Shown here: positions 1 to 13,679 of the stretch, one piece after another
Position numbering within the stretch: the stretch's first letter is position 1
How the letters are laid out: the number at the start of each line of letters is the position of its first letter
Source: Phallusia mammillata
Lineage: Eukaryota
DNA length: 64,000 nt
NCBI GenBank assembly: GCA_965637545.1
Contig: OZ281499.1
Coordinates: forward strand, 13,392,001-13,456,000
Direction: 5' to 3'
Notes under the pieces: generated by a model
Told to the model about the DNA's origin: nothing
Databases searched by the model: none
The model's input: the letters and a program-made list of their open reading frames with translations, nothing else
Position numbers and translations under genes: made by a program

Positions 1-3000
1 CAGCAATATTTTATTTATTTTTTAATCTCTGGTGTTTGGGAAGAGGTTCATCACATACGGATGTCCAAGCATTGAGTTTACCATAAGTAGTGTTTCCACC
101 CTTGATTTTTTTAACACACTTGCGTTGTGAAAGCGCAGATACTCCATATCCAACTTGGGAAATGTCAGGATTTGTATTGCGGCGCATGTAAGCCCTCTAC
201 AAAAAATTGCCTCAGTTATTGTACACTTTAATTGCACACACAACCTACCAAATTTCCAAAAAAAGCTTCGAGAACATCTTGAGTCAACATGCACAAGCAC
301 ACATAATCCATTCCATTGCGTAACAACCTTTTTGTCAGACAAATAATATTTTTTTGTAGCAAAAAAGAGACCCTCAAGAGTAGGTTTGGCCAAAATTCTC
401 TTGTGTTCCCCAGGATGTTGGTTATTGACTTCATCCTAAAAAGTACTTTAATGAGTATCAGAAGCATTTTAAATGATTAAGTGAAGTACAAACTTTCCAA
501 TCTACTAGATATTGTAAAAAAACATCTTGGAGCCAAATAAGTCTGGAATCTGCATTTGTACGAATTGGATCCCTTGTATTGCAATTAAGTCACTATTTGA
601 AACCACCTGTAAAAAAAATTTAATAATACTAATCAATAAACCATTACACAAAGTAAATGCTACTTACTTGTCAAATAGTAAAACAAATTCTGATGTTCCT
701 TCAGATTTTTTTACATCCTGAAGGAGTGCCTGGCCAACAGACCAACTCAAAACTTCTTTAGCAAATGAAACTCGCATCTAATTAAAATGATACAACTTCT
801 TTAACACAAAATGAATAAGTTAAAAATTTATCTGCAGCCTAATTTTGGAAACAAACCTTATTATAAGAATTCAAATTTGTATTTATTTCCGATAGTTTAG
901 TTTTATGCAAAGGGCGACTCTTTTCAATTTTGTGTAGCAATTGTATATGTGTCCACAATATGTCATGTCCATTTTTGTGCATATACTTTTCCCACCTGCT
1001 TTTGAGGCATACAGCGAGTTACTGCAGTCTAAACAAAAATAATATTTTTTATCTGCAATTTGTCATACTCATTGCTTTTTGCATTTGTTACATACCTTTA
1101 GGAGATGGCTTGTATCACTGCAAAGAAGTATTGGCTCATCATTGTAGGGATTTGGAGCTGCATATATGCTATTGTGGTCTGGTTGTTGTCCACTAATCAT
1201 TTCAAAAAATTTCCGGTTAATGCTAGCTCCATCTGCTACCACTGCACGAATATGAACATTTTCTTTTTCACATATATATTCCAACTGCTTCCCAAAACAT
1301 TGACACCAGTTGGAACGCTGGAGTTGTCGTTGTAGGACACCAAGAAAGTGGCATTGAAATTTCCTTTTTAAAAGAGCGAACATAGAACACTAAATAAAAA
1401 ACAACAACATATTATTCACTAATCTAAAATGCCAACAAATATTCTAAATATTTACTGCAGATATGTGATGCTATTGTATCTTCACAGGCTCTATTACCAT
1501 AATCTGTAAATCCCACCAATTTTCCATACTGGTAAACCAAATTTTCCTTAACTGCATGCAAAATAATAAAAAATGTAACTTTCCAACATTTATAAAACAC
1601 AAAACATATTAAAATACTTTTCATTTCATCAATAGTAATGAATGCATCAACAGGTGTAGTTAGCTTTGTTAGTTCCAAAAATATTTGTTTGTTTATACCA
1701 GCTGAGCCTGTTCCAGAGATCCTAAAATAATTTACCAATTATGTTATCTTATTTCTAGTTTAATTTTAGGAAAAATACCTATAATGGCGTAAAGTCTTTG
1801 CTGATGGAAGTATAAGGACTCCAGTCGTTGATAGATGTCTGTACGCAGCTGGAGATCGAGCATAAAGTTCAATTGCCCATCTTACAACATCAGGGTGATA
1901 TCGATGAGCATTTATTGTTTGGTTTGCATTTTTGTATTGGTTTTTAAAAAGCATTTTTTTGCCATGCATTCATTTCTCCTGATTCATTTTTGATCAGGTC
2001 CTAAAAAATTATTTAACATGTTTCTCTTCATGCTTTTATAAATCCTAATGGTACAAAACATTTAATGAAACTCAAAAGTGTTTTTACCCCTATATCAGCA
2101 TGAAGATCTTCAGTCACTACTACATCATTCTCATAATCTTCATCTGGCACATCTCTTTGGTTGCATACTTACGGTTATATGATGTCTTTACATCATACCT
2201 CATACAGTTAATGCAGTTTTCACCGAATTTTGCTGTGTACATGCCAAACATAATTATAGTGTAAAAAGAACACTACAAATGCCTTACTATATATGTCACA
2301 GTTTGGAGATCTAATAATCTTTTCTGATGCCAAGTGGTTTTCTTCCCACCATTGAAGTACTTGTATAGATGTATTTTTTGTTGCCTGATTTACACCTTTA
2401 CATATTCTCTTTTCTTCAAGTTTAACTGTGAAAGTTTTAACATTGTTGCTTGCAAATAAGTGTCATTCAAAAACTTTAGACAATTTAAGATAATATGCTG
2501 TTAAATGTCGTGTATACCTACCCAGGAAAGAGTTTAGTGTGGAATATTTAATGTCCAGCTTAGGGGATACCAATCTTCCCACCCATGAAATGCAATCCAA
2601 TTTTTAAGTGATGGTGATATACAGGCACTAACAAAATTATTAACATAAATTAAGCACACAGTGTAGTAATACACAGTACAAATACAGTAGACCTCACAAC
2701 CTAACACTGGGATGAATGAACGTTTTTTCATAAAGTTCAATAAACAAACATTCCTGTCTTCTTGTAAAAGACCATTTACCTAAAATAAGACTGCAAATAA
2801 ACTTCTATTTATGGCGGGGGTTAAAATTGCCCTACCTCTAAATGCTTTTCCAAGTTTTTTGCTCGCTGATTCTAGATCATTTAAATTTGAGTACTTAATT
2901 TTTGCTGAAGGAGGCTGTCTTTCTGTTGGTGGTTTTCTGGCTAACCAAGATACATAAAAGAATGAAAGGTATAGACTACAACATTCACATGCACTTACAA

Positions 3001-3522
3001 AATATGTATTTTAATCTTACCTTTTCTTTTTTGCAGTGGAATTTTGTAGGCAGAAACAAGGTTGGAAGAGCACCAACTACTAATCTTTTGCTTTTGGCAT
3101 GTACCATAATTTTTTCTTTTGCAAAATGAGCTTTACAAACCGCCGCCCTGAATATATCACCAGTTTCTTAAAACGAGCGCTTTTATGCAGAATAACAGCA
3201 ACCTACGTTTCCTTATGTAACATGTGTTTAATTTGATCGTTCTGGCAAGGATCTCTCAACTGTAAAATAAACTGACGCAAACTTGCCCTGTGCGCCTTTT
3301 CCTCATCATTTTTCGCCAAATCTGGTATTCTAATAATAAACAATGACCTAAACAACTTTGATCTATTTGTATAGGAACACTCTACAACAGTGTGTCATAT
3401 TCACTTTTTTCGCCCACTGCTATATCAAGCGACACTGCAAACGGTCGAATCTTACCCGGAGCATCCAAGCGTGACCGATCTGCCGATTTTCGTAGTGTCG
3501 CCTCTAGTATTAGTGCTCTATG
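1..3522 (-). mobile_element. P-element/THAP9-like DNA transposon, degenerate; left end outside the window
   Basis: Minus-strand THAP motif (AVCKAHF...LVVGALPTLF, ~3050-3150). Multi-exon P-type transposase fragments: RYHPDVVRWAIELYARSPAAY (1766-1969), VVADGASINRKFF...LCSDTSHLLK (1069-1383), further exon at 22-393. Candidate terminus CATAG (fits CANRG) at 3522. Confidence 0.7.
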
Positions 3523-4539
3523 GGTATATTATGTTTTGCTTATGTAACAGGCTTACATGTGTAACGTAACCTTAATTTCAAAATAATCATTATTCTTTAA
3601 AAAGTAATTTTACATTTAATGATTAATAAGCCAATATTAATCATACAAAATTGTTTGTTTGATTGCATTAACTGCAGTTGGATTTTTTTCATTCTTCACA
3701 GTAGGTGCCTTCTGTGTCAAACGGATTTAATTTGTTTGTGTTTTGTTTTAGCAGTTCCCATTGCGTGTTGTTTTCCTAAGCAGGTGGAGTCGTCCCAATT
3801 TAAACACGCCCATTTCAAAGATGAAGTGATCACAGACGCATCCAATGTCAATGAAACAATAAACAGAAGTTAAATGTCAATACGTAATAAAAAGGATCGA
3901 CGTGCACATTTAGTTATTCCTAGTATTTTTAATACAGTTAAATTGTGAAGTTCACACCTATAGCGTCGGTGTTTTATAACTTTTTTCTATTGTATTCGCT
4001 AGTTTCGACAGTAACATTGTATTATCTGATTATAATATGTTGCTAACCTGTATACGTTTTTTAACGTGCATGTAATAATAATGTGGCTGTATATCGAAGT
4101 TATGAAGCAAATTAAGAAGTTTTATTGACGTACTTTATTATTCTTATCCATAATACACTCATCTTTTAACCGATAAGGGCATGTCCCAATTGCATTTATT
4201 CCTAAAAAAAATAATAATAATATCTTCTTTTTGGATACTTGTTTTATTACTTTTCATTCATTGTTTCCCTTTTTTTAGAACATACCATTCACTTTTTGAT
4301 AAAGGACGGACTTGATGCGTGGTTAATAGGGTTGTTCATCCACTAGGTGCCGCCACGTTCCTCCTATAGAGGCTTCGCGAGTCGTGCTAAACAATGGAAA
4401 CAGTCACATATTCTTGACGTTTTTTTAGGTTTAATACTGCATGTTTCCCACAACTTAAGTTATTATTGTAAAACATATTTCAACTATTTTAAGAACTTGC
4501 AAAACTAAACGGAAAAAATACTAAAGAAAAAGGGGAATT

Positions 4540-4585
4540 TGCAGACAGTGCACACTGTTTCGACCTATGAGGTCTCATCAGTGCA
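4540..4585 (-). ncRNA. Type I hammerhead ribozyme (inverted copy)
   Basis: Reverse complement reads TGCA-CTGATGA-GACCTCATAGGTC-GAAACAGTGTGCACTGTC-TGCA; stem I is only 4 bp. Confidence 0.75.
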
Positions 4586-4742
4586 GCTGGTGACGAGAGA
4601 TCGAGAGTTTCATTTGTGCTGTATGCCCAGTTGTGGCATCGCACAGACTGGGTGATGTATGGGGTTGTACCCTGTTGCTCACCACAAACTGGAGTGCCGT
4701 TTGATGGCTACACTAGCCAATGCGGCCGATCTCTCGTCACCA

Positions 4743-4792
4743 GCTGCACTGATGAGACCTTATAGGTCGAAACAGTGTGCACTGTCTGCAGC
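4743..4792 (+). ncRNA. Type I hammerhead ribozyme
   Basis: Stem I GCTGCA/TGCAGC, core CTGATGA, stem II GACCT-TAT-AGGTC, GAAA, stem III ACAGT/ACTGT, GTC cleavage triplet. Confidence 0.85.
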
Positions 4793-6475
4793 TTATCATT
4801 TATTGGCTCATATGCTTTTACATAAAAAGGGGAATTCCTTGATAAGTTTGCGCATGTCATGCCACTTAAGGTGGCTGGACACAGACTGCGTATTCCGTCA
4901 ACGTGGGTAAACGCATGGGAAAAACGCTCCGTAATCTGACGTGCGTAAACGGACCGAATTTACGGTCCGAAAGTGGCTGCGCTTGCTGGTATACAGGATC
5001 CGAACGATGCGACGTTTCGCTTGAATGCGTGCATCGACTGGAAGCCAGCTTTGTAACTGCGCGCTTGTGAAGGCTGAGTGATGTAAACAAAGAAAGAATT
5101 CAGTTCCTTTTTCAAGAGAAGTTATTTCTCTGCTTTGAAACTGTGACGTTTCTTGTTTCCAGAAACATATTATTTTGCGTTGAGATGGATAACGATCAGT
5201 TCTTTACGGTTTTGTGCATTCAAACAGTTGTGTTGTGTGGTTTAACCCACCATGAGCAGCAAAAAAACGGAGGTAAGTAAGGCATAATATATTTGCAGTA
5301 AAGTGCAACAAAAATTCCATGTTTTTATTTACTTTACAACTGAATTTTTTCAATTGTGAAGATTGTGGGTGCATGAGATTTTTGCAAACCGCCATAGGGG
5401 ACAATGGCATTCTTTGGTTCCTGAATTGGAAAGGGATCCTGAATTTTACTTCAAGTATTTTCGAATGGACAAGGCTGATTTTGAACAACTTCTACAATGT
5501 TTCAATCATTGATTGTGAAAAAGCATACCAATTGGCGCACTCCTGTGTCAGCAGGCCACAGATTGGCAATAACTTTGAGCTGACTATACTGTAAATATAT
5601 ATTGTTGGATGTATTGAGACAAATTTAGTTGATGTTTTTTCTGCAGGTATTTAGCAAGTGGAAATTCATTTTCTGACCTCGCTTTTCAGTTTCGTGTCAG
5701 TGAATCTTTAATAGGCCGTATCATTCCTGAAACTTGTGCTGCTATTTGGAATATATTGCAGCCACAAGTACTGGTGCCACCTTCAAGCCACAAACATTGG
5801 AGGGATATTGCAAAAGAATTTGAACGCAAATGGCAATTTCCAATGTGCATTGGCAGCATTGATGGAAAGCATGTGGCTATTCAGAAACCAGCTAAACAAG
5901 GAAGTGAATTTTATAACTACAAGCATTATCACAGCATTGTGCTTATGGGTGTTTGTGATGCCAATTACATTTTTACAATGGTAAACATTGGTGACTCTGG
6001 TCATCACAGTGATGGTGGGATTTTCGCAAATTCTTCCATGTCCAAATTTTTGCAAGAAGATTCTAATATTCCACCAGTATGTACTCTTCCATTAACTAGT
6101 GTTGAAGTCCCATACTGTATTGTTGGAGACAACGCTTTCCCACTAAAGCCATGGTTGTTAAGGCCCTATCCAGATAGAGGATTGTCTGATGACAAACGCA
6201 TTTTTAACTACTGATTGAGCAGAGCCCGTCGCTGTATAGGTTAGTATTACAACACATAAATGCATTATATTTTATTAATTTTTAACTTTTGTTTAGAAAA
6301 TGCATTTGGCATTCTTGCTCAGCGATGGCGTATTTTAAGAACATCTATGCTGCCTAATGTGGATACAGCCAAACAGGTGGTTAAAGCAACAGTGGTTTTG
6401 CACAACTGGTTGCAGACCAAGAATATCACCAAACCAGCTGACCAACAAAAATACATCACACATGATGATGTAGAT

Positions 6476-8725
6476 CAGGGGTTTTCAACCTTTTTTTGCT
6501 CATGGCCCACTAAATTAGTAAAAAATGGCGTTGGCCCATTAACGTTTAATGAAAAACTTCAATGAAAAACTTCATCAACGAAAAACACCAAGTTTCAACA
6601 ACACAATAAATTAATCAGCTGAACATTCACACAAATTTAATGAGAAGGTTGTTGCTGTAGTTTGTCCACAAGACTTTGTATTCTGGGTGCAGTCGATGAG
6701 AGAGCGCACCGTATGTCAGCTGCAACATCAAGTCTGTTGCGCGGCTTGGATTTTATGTTCAATAGGGATGAAAATGCTGACTCACACAACCACGTGGTGG
6801 TGAAAGGCAGTAGTTTCATAAGACAATTTTTGCTGATTTGTGAATATGATGAGGACACTTGGATCCAGAATTCAGTGACAGGCACATCTTCAAATAGGTC
6901 ACGACAGCCTGAGTCATTTCTAAGGTCAATTAGTTCATCTTGTAACTCGTCATCCACTTGCTCAATATCAACACGAAATGGATTCCTCACAAGTGTGAAA
7001 GCATCTCTGCTAAGCTCTGGAAAGTAGGATTTGAATTCAGTTTGTAGAGTACCAAGGTGGTCTGCCACTTCATCCCTAATCTCATCATCCACATCAGATA
7101 TACATGCGAAACTGTGAAACATGTCAAAGTTACCATTTGTCACTTTACGTCTCCAATTGCCCAGCTTTTCAACAAATGCCCTTGTAAAGTCCACAAACTG
7201 AATGATATCTTTTCCTTTTCCTTGCATTTTTAAATTCAGCTGGTTCAAAGCTTCAAAAATATCCACCAAATATGCCAAGCAAGAAAGGAACTTTACATTT
7301 TCAAAATGTACTGCAAGTTCAGGTTTTGCTGTTCCCAGAAAGACCTTTATCTCATCATGGAGCTCAAACACTCTGGCTACAAGGTTACCTCTTGACAGCC
7401 ATCGTACTTTGGTGTAGTAGAGAAGTTGCTTATGTTCAGAATTTAGGCCTTCACACAACTTCCGGAACAATCGAGTATTTAATGCGCTGTTTTTGATATA
7501 ATTGACGCTTTTAACGACCACATCAAAAGCGCATTTAAGACCGTCAGGTAAGGTTTTTGAAGCTAATGCTGCGCGATGAATAAAGCAGTGAGTGGTCACA
7601 AGATTAGGTGCTTTGTTCTTTACGAGCGTCTGGAATCCACTCTTGGCACCTAACATGGCTGGTGCGCCATCAGTGCACACACCACACAAACTTGCCCAAC
7701 TTATGTTCTCTTTATCAAAAAAATCCTCGACCTTAGCCATTACATCTTTTGCCTTTGTGGTGGTTTCCAATTCACTGCAAAAGAGCAGCTCTTCTTTCAC
7801 ATTTTTCTCTGTTACATAGCGAACAAAGGCCATTAGTTGAGCTGCTGAAGAAACATCTGTTGATTCATCCAGTTGCAGAGCAAACAAACCAAACAATGAC
7901 TTATCTTTAACTTCGGTGACCACTTGCTCTTTTATATCATTCGCCATAAGATCAATTCTTCTCTGAACTGTGTTGTCCGACAAAGGAATTGACTTTATCT
8001 TTCTTTCACTTTCTTCACCCAATACATTTCGAACCATAGCCAGAGCACTTGGCTTTACAAGAGTCTCACCAATATTATGAGCCTTTTTCTGTTTAGCAAT
8101 AAGTAGGCTCACTTCAAAAGATGCCTCTGTCAGTTTCTTATCTGTACGTGCAAACGATCCAGTCTTGTCAAGTCGTTGACGCTTCAAACCGTTTTCCAGT
8201 CTTTTAAAGTATTCAATATCTTTTCCCTTAAGGCCAGGATGATTCTTTTCCAAATGATTTTGTAATTTGGATGGTCGCAGTGATTCATTACTCAAAACAC
8301 GATAGCAAATGACACATTGACCCTTTTCCTCACCTCGATCACTGAATGAAGTAAACCCATACTTTATAAAATCTTGATTGAATTTTCTTTTTGCCATGCT
8401 AAATTATTAAAATCTTTATGCTATTAAACGTTAAATTGAATCATGTCTAAAATCAAAATTGAATTTATTTAACGCTTGTACAGTATTTCAAATTCACTGC
8501 CCAGTGCCCACTCAACCAAAGTGTACCAGCATCAACGCAAGATAGCAACTTCCATAAACAGTTAAGCATTGTTAGCAGAAATTATGTCGTCACAAACGTA
8601 ACGTTCTGTGTTGAATGTTCATAATGACATGATTTCTGATATCGCTGTATGCCAAGCTCTGTGGCCCACTGAAAACAGCGTCATGGCCCACTACTGGGCC
8701 ATGGCCCATAGGTTGAAAACCTCTG
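6476..8725 (-). mobile_element. hAT (Buster-type) DNA transposon, apparently complete
   Basis: 15-bp TIR CAG(G/A)GGTTTTCAACC. 8-bp TSD ATGTAGAT (6468-6475, 8726-8733) with central TA. Confidence 0.95.
6637..8397 (-). CDS. hAT Buster-type transposase (ZBED5/ZBED8/SCAND3-like), 586 aa, intact
   Basis: BED-like CVIC...LQNHL, LQLDESTD, VCTDGAPAM, HCFIHR, VRWLSRG and C-terminal TTWLCESAFS. Confidence 0.92.
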   Translation of the reverse strand: MAKRKFNQDFIKYGFTSFSDRGEEKGQCVICYRVLSNESLRPSKLQNHLEKNHPGLKGKDIEYFKRLENGLKRQRLDKTGSFARTDKKLTEASFEVSLLIAKQKKAHNIGETLVKPSALAMVRNVLGEESERKIKSIPLSDNTVQRRIDLMANDIKEQVVTEVKDKSLFGLFALQLDESTDVSSAAQLMAFVRYVTEKNVKEELLFCSELETTTKAKDVMAKVEDFFDKENISWASLCGVCTDGAPAMLGAKSGFQTLVKNKAPNLVTTHCFIHRAALASKTLPDGLKCAFDVVVKSVNYIKNSALNTRLFRKLCEGLNSEHKQLLYYTKVRWLSRGNLVARVFELHDEIKVFLGTAKPELAVHFENVKFLSCLAYLVDIFEALNQLNLKMQGKGKDIIQFVDFTRAFVEKLGNWRRKVTNGNFDMFHSFACISDVDDEIRDEVADHLGTLQTEFKSYFPELSRDAFTLVRNPFRVDIEQVDDELQDELIDLRNDSGCRDLFEDVPVTEFWIQVSSSYSQISKNCLMKLLPFTTTWLCESAFSSLLNIKSKPRNRLDVAADIRCALSSTAPRIQSLVDKLQQQPSH

Positions 8726-9074
8726 ATGTAGATGGTGTTATTGTAGAGGGAAACTGGAGAATTGATGAATCTGATTGGGAAAGTTTGGAACTACCAGGCT
8801 CAAGTCGACCATCAACATTTGCTGGCCATATCAGAGACATATTTAAAGACTATTTTGTATCTAACCAAGGTGAACTGCCCTGGCAGTACACTACCATTTC
8901 TAGAGAAAGAGGAATGCCATAAAATGCCTGTATTTTTTATTGAAACTGTACATTACATTTAATGAGTATGTGCAAAATAACACAGTGTACACAAATAAAG
9001 ACTATTAAATGTTCATCTTCAAAAGTTAAACACTGAAAATAAAACAGAATATACATCAACGTTATTTTGTCAGA

Positions 9075-10452
9075 TTAAACAGATTCTTCCAGTTCGTATT
9101 TGTTGAGAATTTCAGTCATTTCATGAAAAGCTTTGCCTCAAGCTTCTCCTCAATTATTTTAGAATAATGGAAGGCTCTACCAGTTTTTACAGTTTGCTTC
9201 TGTTGGCTAGCCAAAGTGTTAGCTGTTGCCTGCAAAACATCTGTGAGTTTTCCCTGAAAAACAACAACATAAGTATGCACAAATGATGTAAAAAGGGTGG
9301 TATGTACTAAATACCACATGATGTACGGAATGTAGGAATACAAGACACAGCACGAAAAAACGAAACCATATTGTAATGTTAATTTTTTAACAATCATATT
9401 CAGGTCTATTAAAACTGCCTTAACATATATTTAGGACATATATTAGGTGGTATTAAGTACCCCTGATTTCAAAGCTTCAATATTTTTCAATAACATATTT
9501 TACTTAAGCTACAACAACAATTACAAGAAAAAAATAGCAAATTTAACTCACTGAAAAGTCATTGTTGGCTGGTTTTCTTCTGTGTTTTCTGTTCACTGTG
9601 TTAGGTGATCTGCCAGTAAAAACTTGCGGCCTTTATTGGAGTCTGTGCTTCATCTGCTGTTAAATCTAAAAGAGGAGTTTCATCTCCTTCTTTTGCTTTA
9701 TCAGGTTTGTTCACTGAAAAAAATACAAAACATCACTTAAATAATTATCAGAAGAATGTAAAAACTGAAACAAGTACAAACCATTACTCAAACAACCAAC
9801 ATAACAATGTAAAAAAATCTTTACATACCTTGTATGTCAGCAGACGAACAAAATGCTGAATACACTTTGTGCTGTTCAGGCGTCATAATCTCTTCACTCA
9901 AATCATTTGACAACAAAATGTTTGTGTCTGTCCTTTAAAAACAAACATAATGTATACAATTGGTTTGTTATGATAATGATGCATAAACATGTAGTTTACA
10001 TACCTGCGGTGTTGTGTGTAATTATCCAAAAATGACATGCTTGAAAAATAGGGCCATGTTTGTGGTGGCATAAATCCTGAACCACTTGGTTTTTCTGCCT
10101 CCTTTTTTCTTCTAACATATGTGTCTTGCATGTTTCGCCACTTTTCTTTTACACTTTTACCTGATGCAAAAGTGAAACAAATCACATATTTTACATGTGC
10201 ATTTCATACAAACTAAAGTACAACAAAATAGTAGTTAAAGCAATTTCATGGTAAACATTTTTATTTCAATCACCAGTCAAGAAACTTACTATGTTAAGAA
10301 ATAGTTAAATTACCTGTTAAACCAAACTCCACTCCAATTGAATCCCAGGCATTGATGAGGTATGTTTTGTCAGAGTGCATTGGATCTTTAACATCATACA
10401 AGGCAGTTTTCTCTCTGACTAGTTCAATTAATTTTTCCTTACTAAACTCCAT
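9075..10452 (-). CDS. MADF/Myb-like accessory gene of the Harbinger element, multi-exon; boundaries approximate
   Basis: MEFSKEKLIELVREKTALYD...AWDSIGVEF and KEKWRNMQDTY...SGSG...WPYFSSMSFL match a MADF domain; convergent to the transposase. Confidence 0.75.
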
Positions 10453-11392
10453 TTCTTTCGGTGGGGATGGAAAACAGAAGTTTCTAAAAATGAAGTAACT
10501 TTTAGGTGCACAATTCACAGTTAGTTGCAAAAATATCAACTAGCACTTAAGTATATGAAGAAAAAAAACTATTAACATGAGATTTCAAAAGCAACACTAC
10601 AAATAATACAACATAGTCCAGAAATACTGTACCCCGTTGTTTTATTTTTTTTTCCTTTTCTGAACATGTTTAACAGCATTAACTACAAGAAACAGTTATG
10701 AACTGACTCTTTCGTGACCCCTTTGTTTCCCGGAAAGCCATTGTTACTTACATTATTAGCTTTTTGTATCCCGCTGTTGTTCTGCGTCCCATGCGAGATC
10801 GAAGCATGCCTTTTGACCCGTTTAGAAATGAAACCTTGCATAATACTTTACTTCTTTCCATTTGTGGAAACAAGATAGCTTGTGTTTAGATCAAAATAAC
10901 TGCACTGTAAAAAAAATTTGATGGTTTTTACATATTTTTTATGGCAGCAGTGATGCCATAGAAAATATGTTTTTGATATAAAAGAAAAGTATGTATGCAA
11001 AGTTTACCTGTTCCTGCTTAAATTTGTTTTACATACTTTTTGTGTTTAAATACAAATGGTATATCAATTGACCTAATTTCAGTGAAACTACCTATTGAAC
11101 CTAAATAATAAATGTTTACAATTAACAGCATTCGTTGTAAGCAATATATTTCGATCACCTTTACAACGCAACACAGTTTACACAAAAGTAACCAAGCAAC
11201 GAAAATTGCGCTCATTGATGTAATGTTTATAGAGCATTAAAATGTTCACAGAGCACAGAAGTCGTTTATGTTGTTAACAAGTGTGGTCACTTTGGCATGG
11301 ATTCCATTCATTCTACTTTTGTTTCTTCCAGCCTTTTCCAGTTTGTTACCAGTTGGTCTTATTTCAGCAATAGACCTACATACAAACAACAT

Positions 11393-13170
11393 TTAGATTA
11401 AAGTATTATGGAAATAAAAATGCATATCATACCATTGCAAAAACTCCAATGTAACAGCGCACATGGAAGGATATTGAATGTTGAAAATGTAAAATGAAGC
11501 AAACAGGATGGCAAGTGCATCAGCGGCCATTCCAACATCTTTGATGATAATTTGCTTGTCTACTGCAATGTCATAGCCATTGCCAGTGTATATGGTTGAA
11601 CCTAAAAAAATCAAATTTGAGACTGGAGTTATGCAATTGAATAACAATCCATGAACTGTGGACAGTAAAACTACATAGGTAGGAAGTCAAAAAACCAAAC
11701 AAAGTTAGAGTAGTCTAAGTCATTGCAAGGAATTTGCTGCATGAAATCAATTTGCACTAGCTATGACTGACAGTAGAACAAATACAAATTTACCTTTACT
11801 GATGATACATAGTGTAACAAGGAGACTGGAAACTCCCTCCTAAAACAAAATTTTGATGTTAATGGTACTGAATAATGATATTTCTTGTCAACATTTTACC
11901 AATGATGTTTATTTAAGATCAGGGCCTTATTTTAAACCTATTCAGTTTATAGGGTTCTTCATTTTGATCCAAATGGTTTTCTAATTACCTTTAAAACAAG
12001 TGCGTTGATGTGCTCTCCAAAGTAATGTGTAAGTAATGTAAGCATTCCAATAACTTTAGGTTGAGAATCTTTGGTAACAGATTTGGCGGCATTTATTTCT
12101 TTGATTACAGTTTTGATACCCTTGTTCTTAATTTGAAGAGACTGCATATACATTTGGAAGTTTGACATAGTTTTGCACAAATTATCTGTAAAGTTTTTTA
12201 AGCTCTTTCCGACAAGTTGTTCAAAGTGCACTGACAGACCAATTTTTGTGAATAGAATGGGCCATCCCTTTAGCAAAGCTGATACTTGAAACTTTTGAGA
12301 GTTAATTTGGGATCTAACTCCAGTAAAGCTTCTTTGAAGAAGAGAAATGGCTTCTTCATCGACACTTCCAAGTGTTTGAAACTTTGCTACAAGCGTAACT
12401 CGTAAACTTTCCAATTCATCTTGTGACAAGTTGCATCCTTGTTTTTTTCTCGAGGTGCTTGGTTCGCTTTCAGAAGCAGAGGATTCTGCCAACCTCTTTT
12501 GGCCATGACGTCGACTATTGGACAAACTATTTTCAAGTTGGAGGATGAAAGAACCACACCCATCTCCCAAAAACTCTTGATTAAATCCATAATCAGCCAA
12601 TGACTTTGGATACTTTAAGACTAAGTTATTTGCGATAATTCGCAAAATCTTTCTTCCGGGGTATTTAAACTTCATCAAAATGTCATCTGACATAATCCTT
12701 ACTAAAAGCCTACGTTCTGAGGGTGATAATCTCTTTTTTTCTTGCAAACATGTGACAATAGAGATGGGAAGTTTTTCTTCGTTTATTTTGTAATCGATTG
12801 CAGCATTGAACTGTGGAACAGGTGAATCATCTTTTCTGGAGGAGACTTGTATTGCTTGGACATCAGAGTTCTGATCTGAGAAAATATCTTGAATTTTATT
12901 GTTGTTGAACTTTAGATGAATACAGGACAATAACTTTCTTCGCTGAATTGGTAAAAGAAAAGGTGCAAGATCTTCATCAGATATATACATCATATCTTTC
13001 ACTGAGAAGGTACCCATTTCAACCATGAAGTCAACTAAATTTTGCTTAGTTTGTTCAGACATTTGTACTTTACTTTCATCAAGGACATCTAAAATGTTCT
13101 GCTCAATTGGTATTGTGTCACTATCACTCTCTTCCATTGTCAGTTGTACACTATACAGATAATTTCCCAA
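11393..13170 (-). CDS. SAMD3-like accessory protein (SAM-like N-terminus), multi-exon; boundaries approximate
   Basis: 403-aa ORF (DMMYISDEDLAPFLLPIQRRKLL; ERRLLVRI...LVLKYPKSLAD) plus a C-terminal exon ALAILFASFYIFNIQYP...TLEFLQ (11393-11647), resembling accessory ORFs of animal EnSpm-like elements. Confidence 0.6.
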
Positions 13171-13442
13171 ATGTTACAACCTATAAAAGACCTGCAATAC
13201 GGGAAAAAAAACTTGTAACACCACCGAAGTAAGCAAATGATAACAAACAGCATACCTAACACTTTTGTCTTACAATATAATCTATGTACATCTAAACTAC
13301 ACTGTGGAAAAGTACATGCTTTGTGGATAAAAACTTTTGGCCACCAATTACATATGCTTGCAAGGGATAATAGTCAAACAAATCTTCACATTTTATTAAC
13401 CTAAAATGTTTGGTACTTTCTAACAAGCTATGCATGCCAGTA

Positions 13443-13679
13443 CTACAAAGTAACATTTGTACAACTGCCCTTGTGCTTTCTTTTTACATGACTTTGAAAA
13501 GAATTAAAGTTGGTGTATACTGCTGGACATTTGCCAAGAAAGCAGTGAAACTGAGCGTTTCGCACGTATCTGTGGCTTCTCATATGATTAAAATATTCTT
13601 CACCAGTTATAGAGGAGTGTTTATAAATGCTGCAAGTTGGCAACATCGTAATGTTTAGAAAAAGTCTACACCTACACAC
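13443..13679 (-). pseudogene. C2H2 zinc-finger exon, probable remnant of the EnSpm transposase N-terminus
   Basis: CSIYK...YFNHMRSH and CFLGKC...FQSHVKRKH. Confidence 0.5.

Larger units (their letters stand above)
4540..4823. mobile_element. Short hammerhead-bearing retro-insertion (Penelope-like/retrozyme derivative) with 64-bp inverted arms
   Basis: Arms 4540-4603 and 4727-4790 are reverse complements with 1 mismatch. A 13-bp direct repeat AAAAAGGGGAATT at 4527-4539 and 4824-4836 flanks the insertion. Confidence 0.7.
5185..8922 (+). pseudogene. Harbinger (HARBI1-like) DDE transposase, multi-exon, disrupted
   Basis: Motifs CIGSIDGKHV, IVGDNAFPL and ENAFGILAQRWRIL. In-frame TGA at 6212-6214. 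Split by the hAT insertion at 6476-8725; the frame resumes at 8734. Confidence 0.85.
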
